The notes under the pieces were generated by a model, which saw only the letters and a program-made list of their open reading frames with translations, had not been told where the DNA came from and ran no database searches. From a virus (taxonomy: Duplodnaviria > Caudoviricetes), in IMG/VR virus record IMGVR_UViG_3300036796_000061, positions 719 to 64,718 of that record: 64,000 bases of DNA, one strand, 5' to 3'. A program made the position numbers and the translations under genes. Shown here piece after piece: positions 38,400-47,769 of this stretch (its first letter is position 1; each line of letters opens with the position of its first letter).

Positions 38400-38495
38400 A
38401 TTGACTCGTTTAACGTGTCACCTTGTCCTTAGCATATCACGGCTCACTTAAGGAGTCAATAACTTATTGACACTTTTTATGAGTCAATATATAAT
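38400..38495. promoter_or_regulatory. Back-to-back SigA promoters with repeated operators
   Basis: Plus strand: TTGACA(38467)-17-TATAAT(38490). Minus strand: TTGACT(38459)-17-TG.TATGCT(38436). Four TATTGAC(T/A)C half-sites. Confidence 0.8.
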
Positions 38496-38519
38496 AAAAA
38501 TATAAGGAGATGGTGATGA

Positions 38520-38720
38520 ATGTTAACATCAAATTTAAAACTAATATTGGATTCTAGAGATATTAAAATCCGTCAAGCTGCCCGTGATATCGATTATAGA
38601 TTTGAATCAGTGAGATCTCTATACAATGATGAGTTAGAGCGTTATCCTCGGGAGCTTCTTTATAAAATTTGTATATACTTAGATATTACTTTAGATGATT
38701 TATTTTCCTTAGATAGGTAA
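38520..38720 (+). CDS. XRE/Cro-CI HTH regulator, probable prophage repressor
   Basis: SNLKLILDSRDIKIRQAARDIDYRFESVRSLYND...LDITLDDLF; divergent from aimR. Confidence 0.8.
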   Translation: MLTSNLKLILDSRDIKIRQAARDIDYRFESVRSLYNDELERYPRELLYKICIYLDITLDDLFSLDR

Positions 38721-38780
38721 TTATTGCTATACATCTATATGTTGCTGTAGAATAGAAAACGCATCACGCTCGGAGGTGGT

Positions 38781-39020
38781 ATTACGGTACGCATCGGAAA
38801 ATGCCGTATACAGGAACTTCTGGATGAAAAAGGCTGGACGCAGCAAGATCTAGCAGACCGAACCAGCATGAGCAGTTCATTTATCAACGATAAAATACGC
38901 AATCGAGGTAAGAACGGAATGTGGCTAACTAGCGCCAAGAAAATTTCCGTTGCCCTCAATTGCGAGATCGATGATTTATACGAATGGATTCCTGAACGCG
39001 AAGTTCCTGGCGGTAAATAG
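38781..39020 (+). CDS. XRE HTH regulator with non-AUG start (not in the ORF track)
   Basis: (I)TVRIGKCRIQELLDEKGWTQQDLADRTSMSSSFIND...ALNCEIDDLYEW; SD GGAGGTG before ATT/ACG; in-frame TAG just upstream. Confidence 0.7.
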   Translation: MTVRIGKCRIQELLDEKGWTQQDLADRTSMSSSFINDKIRNRGKNGMWLTSAKKISVALNCEIDDLYEWIPEREVPGGK

Positions 39021-39043
39021 AAACGAAGTAGTATGGTCGACCC

Positions 39044-40042
39044 TCACTGTGTGGCGGCCGTACCGCGCAGCCCGATACGTAAATTAACGGATATCACGCC
39101 ACAAGATTCCGACTTTTCCGCCGATTCCCTCAGCGATTCCACTCCGTACTTTACCAACGCCTCATTTGCGTCCTTACAATCTCCGCCTACATACGCCTGC
39201 CTACAGCGCACATATCCGCGAAGCTCTTCCGCAACTTCCTGCCGTAACTTTTCGCCAGCCTTATCGTTATCCGTCGCAATTATCAATTCTTCGATCGGAC
39301 TCCGGATAATTAAATCGCGTTTCTTCCTATTAAAAGCGACGCCGCCAACCGCAATTGCCGGATAGCCTGCCGTCATCCAACTGAGCGCATCGATTTCCGC
39401 CTCGCACAGCACGGTCGTCCGCCCCGCCAGGCCAATTCCGTAGACTAAATTGCGAATCGGCTCGGCCCCTTTCGCGTAGTAAAACGTCTTGCCGTACGTT
39501 TTCCTATACTTAATATTCGCTAGCTTACCAGTCATGCCCCGCCAAGGCAATACAACTGCTCGCTGTTTCTCGTCATATAGAACGCCCGCCGACCGCTGCA
39601 CCTCGTCGGCTATTCCACGCCCACGCAAGTAATCGCAAGGCCCTGCGGTGAATCCCGCCAGCACGTCTTCCTTGATCGCTTGCCTCTTGCGTTCAAGTTT
39701 CAGTTGGACCGGCCGAAGCACGAGTTCATTCGATGTTTCCGCAAAGCTGTACGTTGCTAATAAATACTCCTCGGCCTCCTCGTACGTTTCGTTGCGAAGG
39801 AATGCGAGTAGCTTAACGAAATTGCCAGACGCCCATTCTGCGTCATACGCCCCACTGTCAGCCCATACGCCCGCCATTTCGCCGGTTAGGTTAACGAAGA
39901 AGCTCGGTGTGCGATCGTAGCGAAACGGTGATGCTGCGATTAGCTTATCGGTGGACCAGCGCGGCCTTACCCAGTCGAACGGTTGCAGCTCCGCCTCGAC
40001 GTCTATGTCGACGTCCTGGCCGCGAATCTTTACGTTTGCCAT
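39044..40042 (-). CDS. DNA primase (Toprim)
   Basis: SPFRYDRTPSF, LCEAEIDALS, IATDNDKAG and KDANEAL motifs. Confidence 0.9.
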   Translation of the reverse strand: MANVKIRGQDVDIDVEAELQPFDWVRPRWSTDKLIAASPFRYDRTPSFFVNLTGEMAGVWADSGAYDAEWASGNFVKLLAFLRNETYEEAEEYLLATYSFAETSNELVLRPVQLKLERKRQAIKEDVLAGFTAGPCDYLRGRGIADEVQRSAGVLYDEKQRAVVLPWRGMTGKLANIKYRKTYGKTFYYAKGAEPIRNLVYGIGLAGRTTVLCEAEIDALSWMTAGYPAIAVGGVAFNRKKRDLIIRSPIEELIIATDNDKAGEKLRQEVAEELRGYVRCRQAYVGGDCKDANEALVKYGVESLRESAEKSESCGVISVNLRIGLRGTAATQ

Positions 40043-40332
40043 ACGAAAACTCCTCTCGACTTAAAGGTATATTTATAATACTGTATTTCACGTAAGTTTT
40101 GTTAAATTATTTCATTTTTCTTACAATATATTACGAATTAGCGACAAAGAAGGAGTTTCTGCTCCTTTGGCTATATTACAATAGTCCCGTCTGAATATTT
40201 TGTCGGTTTTTGCCGAGGAATAAATTACCATGAAATTTCGTAATATTCCGACAGGCTTATTTTGCGAAGTAAATCAAAGGTTATCTCGATATATCTATGT
40301 TATCTGCGGAAAATATTCGTTTAGGCATATTT

Positions 40333-41673
40333 TCAGAACGAGAACTGGTTTGCCGCCGCAGCTCCCGTTTCCATTTCGCGGACGATTCCGTAATTCGGCA
40401 AGTATAGAAGCTCCACCTGCGTTCCCTCACCGCCAGACCTGCCTTTTCCAATCTCGATAATCCCGCGCCCATCTACCGTATCGATCCCGAAGGTGTTTGC
40501 CGCGTCTTCAAGAACTGCCTTCGTTTTTTTGATTTCTGCGCGAGTAGGCGGTCGTAGCTCTCTCACGCCATCCTCGTCTTTATCATCGCGAACTTCCTCC
40601 GCTTGGGTAATTACGTGAACCACTGCCCCGGAATAGCCCGCCAGCCTGCGAATCTTCTTCGAGGTATTAGCGACGTCGCCGCCCGCCACTTTCGACGTAT
40701 TCGACTCGTAGTCCATCAGATAAATCGGATCCACCAGCACGACGTCCGCCTTCGTTTGCAAGATATCCGCCTCTAGCTGCTTTAGTCCGCGATTGTGGAA
40801 GTCCTCATCGTCAGCCGCACGAATCACGATGTTGCCCGGAACAATATCGTTAATCGTGGCGAGGAACTTCTCGAAGCCAACCTCGAAATCCTCCGAAAGT
40901 TTACCCATTAACAGCGCCTTATTTTCGAAACCGGCTTCATAGTCAATACCCTCGATAGTCGCCGTCAAAACGCCAGCTCTTGCCGATATCGTCGAGTAGG
41001 CGCGCGCCATCCATTCGAACTTCGACATCTCCATAATCCAGCATAATACGTTCGCCCCTTGAAACGCGGACTCTATGATTTCCTCGGCGGTGATGACGGA
41101 TTTACCTCGGCCGGATCGCGCATACCATGTGTACATATTGCCGCTGATATAGCCGCCGGTCGCTTCGTTTATTGCCGAAAACTTGCTGCGCCAGATTTTG
41201 AAAGACTCGCCGGACTTACGTTTGCGATATTCGTCTAGGAAAGAAGTCGCGTCCGACTTAAGGTCCGTTCCCACCTTATTGCGAACGCTTGTTCTTAGTT
41301 TAATCCGTTCTACCTCAGAAATCAAGTCGTCTAAGATTTTATTTCCATCTCGCTCCGAGTTAAATTCTGCTGTGAACCGGCCCTGCACGTATTCCATTAA
41401 CTCCTGCTTTGCGCTATATGCCTTGATCTGCTTCGTCATATACTCGTAGCTGCCTCCAACCAAAGGCGTATATTCGAATGTAGGACATTCGGCTGTAACT
41501 ACGGCGTAACTCGGCGCTTGCCCGCGGTTAGCCTCAGCATAGTCGGTGATGAAACGGAAGGTCTGCCTATCGCCCTCCGTCGGTAGATCCTTCGCCGTAA
41601 TTCCGAATTTAGTTAGCGCCTGCACGTTATTTTCGTCGATTATCTTCGAGAGTAAGAGATTCCCGTATTCCAT
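40333..41673 (-). CDS. DnaB-like replicative helicase
   Basis: YARSGRGKS Walker A, VLVDPIYLM and KGRSGG motifs; ATG 41673 after AAAGGAG. Confidence 0.9.
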   Translation of the reverse strand: MEYGNLLLSKIIDENNVQALTKFGITAKDLPTEGDRQTFRFITDYAEANRGQAPSYAVVTAECPTFEYTPLVGGSYEYMTKQIKAYSAKQELMEYVQGRFTAEFNSERDGNKILDDLISEVERIKLRTSVRNKVGTDLKSDATSFLDEYRKRKSGESFKIWRSKFSAINEATGGYISGNMYTWYARSGRGKSVITAEEIIESAFQGANVLCWIMEMSKFEWMARAYSTISARAGVLTATIEGIDYEAGFENKALLMGKLSEDFEVGFEKFLATINDIVPGNIVIRAADDEDFHNRGLKQLEADILQTKADVVLVDPIYLMDYESNTSKVAGGDVANTSKKIRRLAGYSGAVVHVITQAEEVRDDKDEDGVRELRPPTRAEIKKTKAVLEDAANTFGIDTVDGRGIIEIGKGRSGGEGTQVELLYLPNYGIVREMETGAAAANQFSF

Positions 41674-42258
41674 TGCGTCAGCTCCTTTCATTTTTTCGTG
41701 TACATTATCGTAAGCCGTCTACCTCGGTTATTCAACTTATTACTTTATTCCTAACGGTTTATTCGAACTGTGATGCTATTCAGAAATTATTCTGATTCTC
41801 CAATTCTTCAACAAACCTTGACAAATCCTCACTTTGTTTCAACGCTTCTATTTTCTCCATGGCTTTTATTTTAATTTCCTCTTTTATGTCCTCAGACTTC
41901 TCGCACATTCATTTTCACCCTTCCGTTACAGTGTAATATGTGTCCACAATTTATTCGTACTGCGTGGTTAATATTTCATATCGATTTCATACAATTTATT
42001 GATTAATTTCTTTTCAATCCTTTTACTTTTCGTTCGTCCAAAGAGATACATGTACCTCGACCATTTCTTTTCCCGGTCTTTCAACTTCTCTTCCTCCTCA
42101 GCCTTTAATAGCTTTTATTCGTTCTTTAACAGGTATTTTTCTATAACACAGCCAACACAATCCCTTGTCTTTGTATGCAACTTTGAACCTTGCTTCAGTA
42201 ATGTCTTTTTTGCATTTTTCGCACCTCACAGGTATTCCTCCTTCACTGTTTGTGTCTA

Positions 42259-42783
42259 CTATTCGCTAGCCAACTCCGCCAACTTAACCATCGCATCGTC
42301 CGCATTTTCCTTGTAAACAGCCTCGCCCGTCTCGTCAAACATCGCCATGTACCCGTTATACAAGTCGAGCAAATCATCCACCTTCGCCGCCTTATCCTTG
42401 CGATCCTGCTTACGTTTTGCCGCTTCCTGTGAACTTAACTCCCTTGCCGATGGTTTGCGCTCATTGTTTTTCGCCATCTTCTTCTCCTCCATTTCGTAGT
42501 ATGATTCGCCTAATCCGCTTAGGCCGCCCATAAAGTCGAAAATGTCGATGCCTGTTCCGTCTAACGCATCACCGCAATCCTCACCGTCTGCCAGTCGCAT
42601 ATCCTCCTCGTCACACTCAACGTAAGACCCCGTTTGCGTATCGATTAAGTCGTATACAATATCCGTCCATTCTTCGCTGGGCGAGTAACAATGCTCGACG
42701 CGGAACGATTCGATTTTAAATATACGCGGTCCGTAGCCTGCGATGTGTACGAGGTCCGAGAATCCGTATTCTGGCTTATTCAT
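42259..42783 (-). CDS. Hypothetical protein
   Basis: 174 aa in the replication operon. Confidence 0.6.
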   Translation of the reverse strand: MNKPEYGFSDLVHIAGYGPRIFKIESFRVEHCYSPSEEWTDIVYDLIDTQTGSYVECDEEDMRLADGEDCGDALDGTGIDIFDFMGGLSGLGESYYEMEEKKMAKNNERKPSARELSSQEAAKRKQDRKDKAAKVDDLLDLYNGYMAMFDETGEAVYKENADDAMVKLAELASE

Positions 42784-42994
42784 CGTCGGCCTCCTCGCTG
42801 ATTAGTCCGATTTTCTTCATATCACTATATCCAATCTCGTCAACTGTCCGCTTTGTTCCGCACTTAACGCACCCAATTTCGTAGTAATTCTCAATAGCCA
42901 TACTACTATCCACGAATGAATGAAAATCAACGAGGCTATATCTGTGAAAGCAAATCGCGGCTTCTTCTCGTATCTCCCGTTTAAAGAACATCAA
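42776..42994 (-). CDS. Small hypothetical protein (possible Zn ribbon)
   Basis: CFH...CVKCG. Confidence 0.5.
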   Translation of the reverse strand: MMFFKREIREEAAICFHRYSLVDFHSFVDSSMAIENYYEIGCVKCGTKRTVDEIGYSDMKKIGLISEEADDE

Positions 42995-43023
42995 CGTCTC
43001 CCCCTAGTCATTTCGTTTTCAAC

Positions 43024-43827
43024 TCAACGCCTTCCACGCTTCGATTCCCCAACGAAACTCTGCACGCTGCACTGGTCGCCAATCCGATCCACCAAGCGCT
43101 CTTCTCCAAAAACATCTACGAGGTCATGCGGCATAAGCGCCATATCCTTCGTCCCTTTGTACCGCATCGGTAGATTACTCGTATAGCAAGTCGGCATTTG
43201 ATTCGTGACGCGGTAGTTAATAATCGCATGCAAATCGCCGCGAAATCCGTCCGACACGTTGGACCTGACGCCAATGTCGTCCAGCACTGCGTAGGGCGCC
43301 TTCTTCGCCTTTTCCATCGCACGATAATACTTAGCTGCGGCCGGCTGGGCGATTGAGTCCGGAACCCTCGGCCGGTTAAATTCGTTGTACAGCGTTTGCC
43401 ACTCGTTCACATCGAGGAAAAATGCCGGCATCTGCTTCGGTGGATCTCCGATAACCAAACTGCCATGATAATGGCGCATAATCCATTCGTTCAGCACGGC
43501 GGCCGCAGTCGTAGTCTTGCCGGTGCCTGGCGATTGGGAGTACAAGTAAAGCGACTTTATTTGCCGGCTGTCTTCCGGATCAAATTGCCTTTCGAACGTC
43601 TTGACGTAGTTTTCGAGATTTGCGTACACCGCCGCCTGACTTGCGCGGGCCGGCGAATTGCTGAGCGTGACTAGGCGATAATCGCGGGGCAGACCGGCCG
43701 AGCCGACGCGACCTCCTTCGCCACTTGCGCCGTGAAGCTTGATGAAGTGCTCGCACTGGCGATTGCATTGCGGAGTGGCCGCGAGCTTACAGCGACCCGC
43801 GAGTATGCAAGATTTTTCGTTTGTCAT
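43024..43827 (-). CDS. DnaC/IstB-like helicase loader
   Basis: N-terminal Cys cluster; SPGTGKTT; VLDDIG; IINYRVTNQMPTCYTSN. Confidence 0.85.
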   Translation of the reverse strand: MTNEKSCILAGRCKLAATPQCNRQCEHFIKLHGASGEGGRVGSAGLPRDYRLVTLSNSPARASQAAVYANLENYVKTFERQFDPEDSRQIKSLYLYSQSPGTGKTTTAAAVLNEWIMRHYHGSLVIGDPPKQMPAFFLDVNEWQTLYNEFNRPRVPDSIAQPAAAKYYRAMEKAKKAPYAVLDDIGVRSNVSDGFRGDLHAIINYRVTNQMPTCYTSNLPMRYKGTKDMALMPHDLVDVFGEERLVDRIGDQCSVQSFVGESKRGRR

Positions 43828-43874
43828 CCGATAACCTCCGTTCTTATTCCGTGTATACAAATTGTATACAACGC

Positions 43875-44708
43875 TTATTCTTCGCAGCTGTCGTCGATGA
43901 TTCTAAAGCTCTTCCGGTATTTATTTACGTGACTAATCGATAGCTTATCGTCATCCCACACAAAATTTTCGACTACGCTATAAATATCGTTTTGCCTGCT
44001 CTTAACAACGTCACCCACTCGCACCTCAGTCGGAGCCGGCGCATTGTAGTATACCGCAGGCACTTCGAGGCCCAGCGCTCGGCGTAACGCAATAGCCTTT
44101 CCGATTGATGAGTTAAAGCAGTCGGACGGGTCGGCCTTGGCGATTCCTTTCGCGCGGAGTTTACCGCTATGCACGCCTTTTATCAATACGACCACCGTCC
44201 GCTTCTCCGCATTCACTATAAAATCCGCAACACATGACCACGGGGCATACGATGCCGGGTCAGTTACTTCGTAGTCACCCCGCTTATTTCTCAACGCCTC
44301 CACATCCGCCTTGGCCTTCGCTATAATTTCGTCACGGACTTGCTGGGGCGATTTCGGAATTAAATATTCCGCGATACTCGGACCCTTCGCTACTGATTCG
44401 TAAACCTCCTCCGCGATCTGCTTCAGGGATTTCCTACCTTCTAACGCAGCCACCTTCGTTTTCAGCTCCGCGATTTCCGCCTGCATTTGCTCGATTACTC
44501 CGTTTGGCATTTCGTTAGCCTCCTCGGTTTCGATAATGACTTCGTATTCTTCCGTAAATACCAGCATCCCGTTAGCATAAACACGGAAGTCCTTGCCGTC
44601 TCCAGTTACTGTAAGGATGTCTCCGTTTTTATAACGATCCTCGGTACGGTACGTATCCGTAATCAAAATGCGCTCCCCTACGTTCGCCTTCCGTTTAACT
44701 GTCTTCAT
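43875..44708 (-). CDS. Hypothetical protein
   Basis: True start MKTVKRKANVGER after GGAGGAATTGGG; GIAKADPSDCFNSSIGKAIALRRALG motif. Confidence 0.65.
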   Translation of the reverse strand: MKTVKRKANVGERILITDTYRTEDRYKNGDILTVTGDGKDFRVYANGMLVFTEEYEVIIETEEANEMPNGVIEQMQAEIAELKTKVAALEGRKSLKQIAEEVYESVAKGPSIAEYLIPKSPQQVRDEIIAKAKADVEALRNKRGDYEVTDPASYAPWSCVADFIVNAEKRTVVVLIKGVHSGKLRAKGIAKADPSDCFNSSIGKAIALRRALGLEVPAVYYNAPAPTEVRVGDVVKSRQNDIYSVVENFVWDDDKLSISHVNKYRKSFRIIDDSCEE

Positions 44709-44727
44709 CCCAATTCCTCCTTCGTAT

Positions 44728-45156
44728 TTACCACCAATCCGCCCGCTCTTCCTTCGTAGTCGCTTCCGCCGCTTCGCTTTGCGCTTCTCGTCTAGCCTCT
44801 CGGGCGACCTGCGATTGTGCCTCAGTAAAATGGCGATCCATCCATCCGCACATAAAGGATACGGAAGGGTACGGATACAGCTCCGGCTTACTCGTGCGGT
44901 ACTCGCGCCAGCATATCTCGATGAACGCCCGCAGCACCTTATTGCCGTATTTGCCCTGCGCATTCTTTAACATTCCTTTTTCGCGCATCCAACGTTGGGA
45001 CTTCGCTCCTCCTCCGCCCGGCGTGTATGGCTGTCCGTAGAGTTCGGCGGTGCGGTCAACGATGTACTGCGTGAAGCTCGAAATGTTCCAATCGGCGATG
45101 TCGCGCGCCTGCCAGTCGGAGCTGGGCGGTAGTTTCGGTTTCTTTGCGTTGGTCAT
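44728..45156 (-). CDS. Hypothetical replication protein (possible initiator C-terminal module)
   Basis: Upstream of the helicase loader; 142 aa. Confidence 0.55.
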   Translation of the reverse strand: MTNAKKPKLPPSSDWQARDIADWNISSFTQYIVDRTAELYGQPYTPGGGGAKSQRWMREKGMLKNAQGKYGNKVLRAFIEICWREYRTSKPELYPYPSVSFMCGWMDRHFTEAQSQVAREARREAQSEAAEATTKEERADWW

Positions 45157-45461
45157 CTCGGCTCACCTACTACTTGTCGAGCAATCGAACGTGCCTGCCT
45201 TGCGATCAGTGAACCTTCATGTGGGTTATACGGATTCCCGTCGATAGCTGCGATTCTACCTAACACACCCCTCAAGCGTTCGACCTCACCTTGTAAACTA
45301 TCTACTTCGCATAGTAACTTCTGCGCATCTTGACGTGATTCCGAATTTAATTCGTCGACTGCTTCCGTTTTGATCGTGTAAAACGACGAATTTGTCTCCT
45401 TTACTCTCGCTCGAATCTCCTGCAAATCGTCCGCTGATATCGCTCTCTTATTCGTCCACAT
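45153..45461 (-). CDS. Hypothetical protein
   Basis: 102 aa, coiled coil. Confidence 0.5.
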   Translation of the reverse strand: MWTNKRAISADDLQEIRARVKETNSSFYTIKTEAVDELNSESRQDAQKLLCEVDSLQGEVERLRGVLGRIAAIDGNPYNPHEGSLIARQARSIARQVVGEPR

Positions 45462-45506
45462 AATTCTCGCCCCGTTTCCTTTGTTTTAGCCGTCCTAACC
45501 TCGCCC

Positions 45507-45839
45507 CTACCGAATACCCTCGCTCATCCTTAGCGCGTCTATTTCGCCGTGAATCCGCTTGATTTCCGCTATTATTTCGTCCAGTGCCGAGGCACCTGTG
45601 CCCTGCGCATCTGACTCCCGAATCCTCTGATTGACCGTCCACTTTAGCGCCTTCTCTAGCGTTGAGAAGTACGCAGCCTCGCGCCAGTCCTCCCGGATTG
45701 CCATCGACTTGCCGGCCGCTTCGAGTGCCGCGCGGTTCGGGGACTTCGAAGGGTCGACGAGGTGGCGGCGTTCTACGATGAAATTCAGTGGGTCCGAGGT
45801 GATGCGGTAGTCTGCGGATACTTGGATTTTTAACGTCAT
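45507..45839 (-). CDS. Hypothetical protein (DUF5405-like)
   Basis: YRITSDPLNFIV...YFSTLEKAL. Confidence 0.55.
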   Translation of the reverse strand: MTLKIQVSADYRITSDPLNFIVERRHLVDPSKSPNRAALEAAGKSMAIREDWREAAYFSTLEKALKWTVNQRIRESDAQGTGASALDEIIAEIKRIHGEIDALRMSEGIR

Positions 45840-45928
45840 GTTATTTCCTCCCTTTTTCGCTGTCTCTTATAAAAGAGCTTTGCGAATTTGTAATATATAG
45901 TTGGCAGTGCGTTAGCGCTGCAATCTTT

Positions 45929-46008
45929 ATGGTTCTAGTTATAATGGCTCTAGTTATTATGGTTATAGTTTATGTGACGTCCGCCGTGTGACATGTACCG
46001 TGTGACGT
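45929..46008. repeat. Two sets of tandem repeats, candidate replication origin
   Basis: Three 15-bp units ATGG(T/C)T(C/A)TAGTT.. at 45929, 45944, 45959; three (A/G)TGTGAC(G/A)T at 45972, 45986, 46000 (14-bp period). Confidence 0.8.
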
Positions 46009-46013
46009 TGGCG

Positions 46014-46415
46014 TTAGAATATCTCTAGACCGCTGATCGGCAGTATCGTGTACCTTACGTTATCCCACGTCTGTTTATCGAAGTCCCTCGCCTGTACCTT
46101 CTGGACCACCGCCCGCCCCTGCCAGCGATAATCGCACAGCGCCTTGATGCGCCGGTTTGCCGTTTCCCTTCGAATATTCAACCGCTGAGCTATTGCGAAC
46201 TGGGTCGGATAGCACTCGCCATTTGCGTCCATGAACGCTGCGATTACGCAAAGAGTCTGCCAGCGCTCCGGCCCAAGGTCGGCAATTAGTCCGCTGTGAA
46301 CGGCGTCGACGTACATTTTAACGAAGATTCGCGTCTCGGACTTGCCGGAGGTCATATTGTATTCCGATTGGGTTTCTACGCTGATTAGGCGGTTGCCTGC
46401 GTTTGTTTCGGTCAT
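46014..46415 (-). CDS. Short HTH replication initiator-like protein
   Basis: GECYPTQFAIAQRLNIRRETANRRIKAL (HTH_36-like); iteron-like repeats right after the stop. Confidence 0.7.
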   Translation of the reverse strand: MTETNAGNRLISVETQSEYNMTSGKSETRIFVKMYVDAVHSGLIADLGPERWQTLCVIAAFMDANGECYPTQFAIAQRLNIRRETANRRIKALCDYRWQGRAVVQKVQARDFDKQTWDNVRYTILPISGLEIF

Positions 46416-46801
46416 TCCTCTAACTCACCTGCCCCAATCGCATCCTTAGCCACTCTGGACATTTTATCGACGAAATGTGCTGCGACATCTTCTGATGGAT
46501 GTGGGTGGTCCGCGTAACACTCTCCGAATTCAATGATTGACCGTATAGCACTCCGGTAAATTACTGCCCTTCTTGCCTCTGCAAACGTTTCAGTTAGTAA
46601 CTCGTCGATTTCCGCTTTAACTTCTTCGTATTCTGTATTCGCTATTGTGTCGATCCTACCCACCTGCTCCGTGACGATGAATATAACGTATCCTTTCTTC
46701 TTTAAGTCTGAAACCGTGTAGTCGACGTTGTCTGTTCGTGTTATATGCGCGTCTTTATAATCGAAGCCCTCAGTTTTTCCTGCGATAATAAACTTTTCCA
46801 T
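46412..46801 (-). CDS. Hypothetical protein
   Basis: 129 aa; translationally coupled. Confidence 0.55.
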   Translation of the reverse strand: MEKFIIAGKTEGFDYKDAHITRTDNVDYTVSDLKKKGYVIFIVTEQVGRIDTIANTEYEEVKAEIDELLTETFAEARRAVIYRSAIRSIIEFGECYADHPHPSEDVAAHFVDKMSRVAKDAIGAGELEE

Positions 46802-46802
46802 A

Positions 46803-47738
46803 TTAATTTGCCTCCTTTAGTTTCATATTAGTTACGTCAATATTGCGTGGATATGCGTGACATTCGTACACATAAGCCCTATACTCCTCGATTGTCATAG
46901 CGTTTGCCGACGCTAGCCATTCGATTAGTTTATCGAAACGTTCCTGCGATAGTTCAAAGCGTTGCCTATTCGCTCCGAACCATTCGAAGATGTTGCTGTC
47001 ATTTTTAGAAAAATTCAAGTCAGCGCGTAATGGAACTATATTGCCGTATATTGTTCCACCGTGACCTACCGCTAAAGGAATCACGTGGTCCAAGTGTATG
47101 TTACTATCGCCAGTTAGCACACACCCTTTAAACACCCCTAGAATATCGTCAATATCTTCGTCAGTTAAGTCGTGCGGTAGGCTCATTAACCTCGCTCTTC
47201 TTCTATGGGTAGCCCCTGCTGTTTTTTCTTTATTATTCTTTTGCCAGTCTTGTTTGAATTTCTTTACACAACTTTTGCACCTACCATCTATACCTAAAAA
47301 GTTTCCTGGATTTGGCGAGTAGTTTTCTAAGCTTTTCTCTCTCCCACAATTGCAGCAAGTCATAAAAATAGAGTCTGTAATGTAATTAAAACCCTTTTCC
47401 CTGAGGTAGTTGAACAAATCACCGTAACTTTTTTTGCAATAATTCGATACTCTAAAATCATCTTCATTTCTTATATGAGGGAGTGTGTACTCCCCGTTAA
47501 CCACAACGCCTCGAAGTATACTATCTAACTGATCCTCCTCCCATAACCACTCGAAGTTTTGGTACAAATGTTTTTTATCTTCACATTCATCAAACGGTGT
47601 GTATATCTCTAGGTTGTATTTCGATACCAGCCTCCCAACTGATTTATGATGTAACCCTAGAATGTCAGCTACTTTATTTTTAGAATACCCCTCATCCAGT
47701 AGCTCCTGGATTTTTTCAATCTGTTCTTCACCTTGCAT
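46803..47738 (-). CDS. HNH endonuclease with HTH and CxxC modules
   Basis: CCNCG...CKSC; HLDHVIPLAVGHGGTIYGNIVPL...NFSK. Confidence 0.8.
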   Translation of the reverse strand: MQGEEQIEKIQELLDEGYSKNKVADILGLHHKSVGRLVSKYNLEIYTPFDECEDKKHLYQNFEWLWEEDQLDSILRGVVVNGEYTLPHIRNEDDFRVSNYCKKSYGDLFNYLREKGFNYITDSIFMTCCNCGREKSLENYSPNPGNFLGIDGRCKSCVKKFKQDWQKNNKEKTAGATHRRRARLMSLPHDLTDEDIDDILGVFKGCVLTGDSNIHLDHVIPLAVGHGGTIYGNIVPLRADLNFSKNDSNIFEWFGANRQRFELSQERFDKLIEWLASANAMTIEEYRAYVYECHAYPRNIDVTNMKLKEAN

Positions 47739-47769
47739 ACTAACCGTCTCCTTCCGTGTGACTTTGCGT

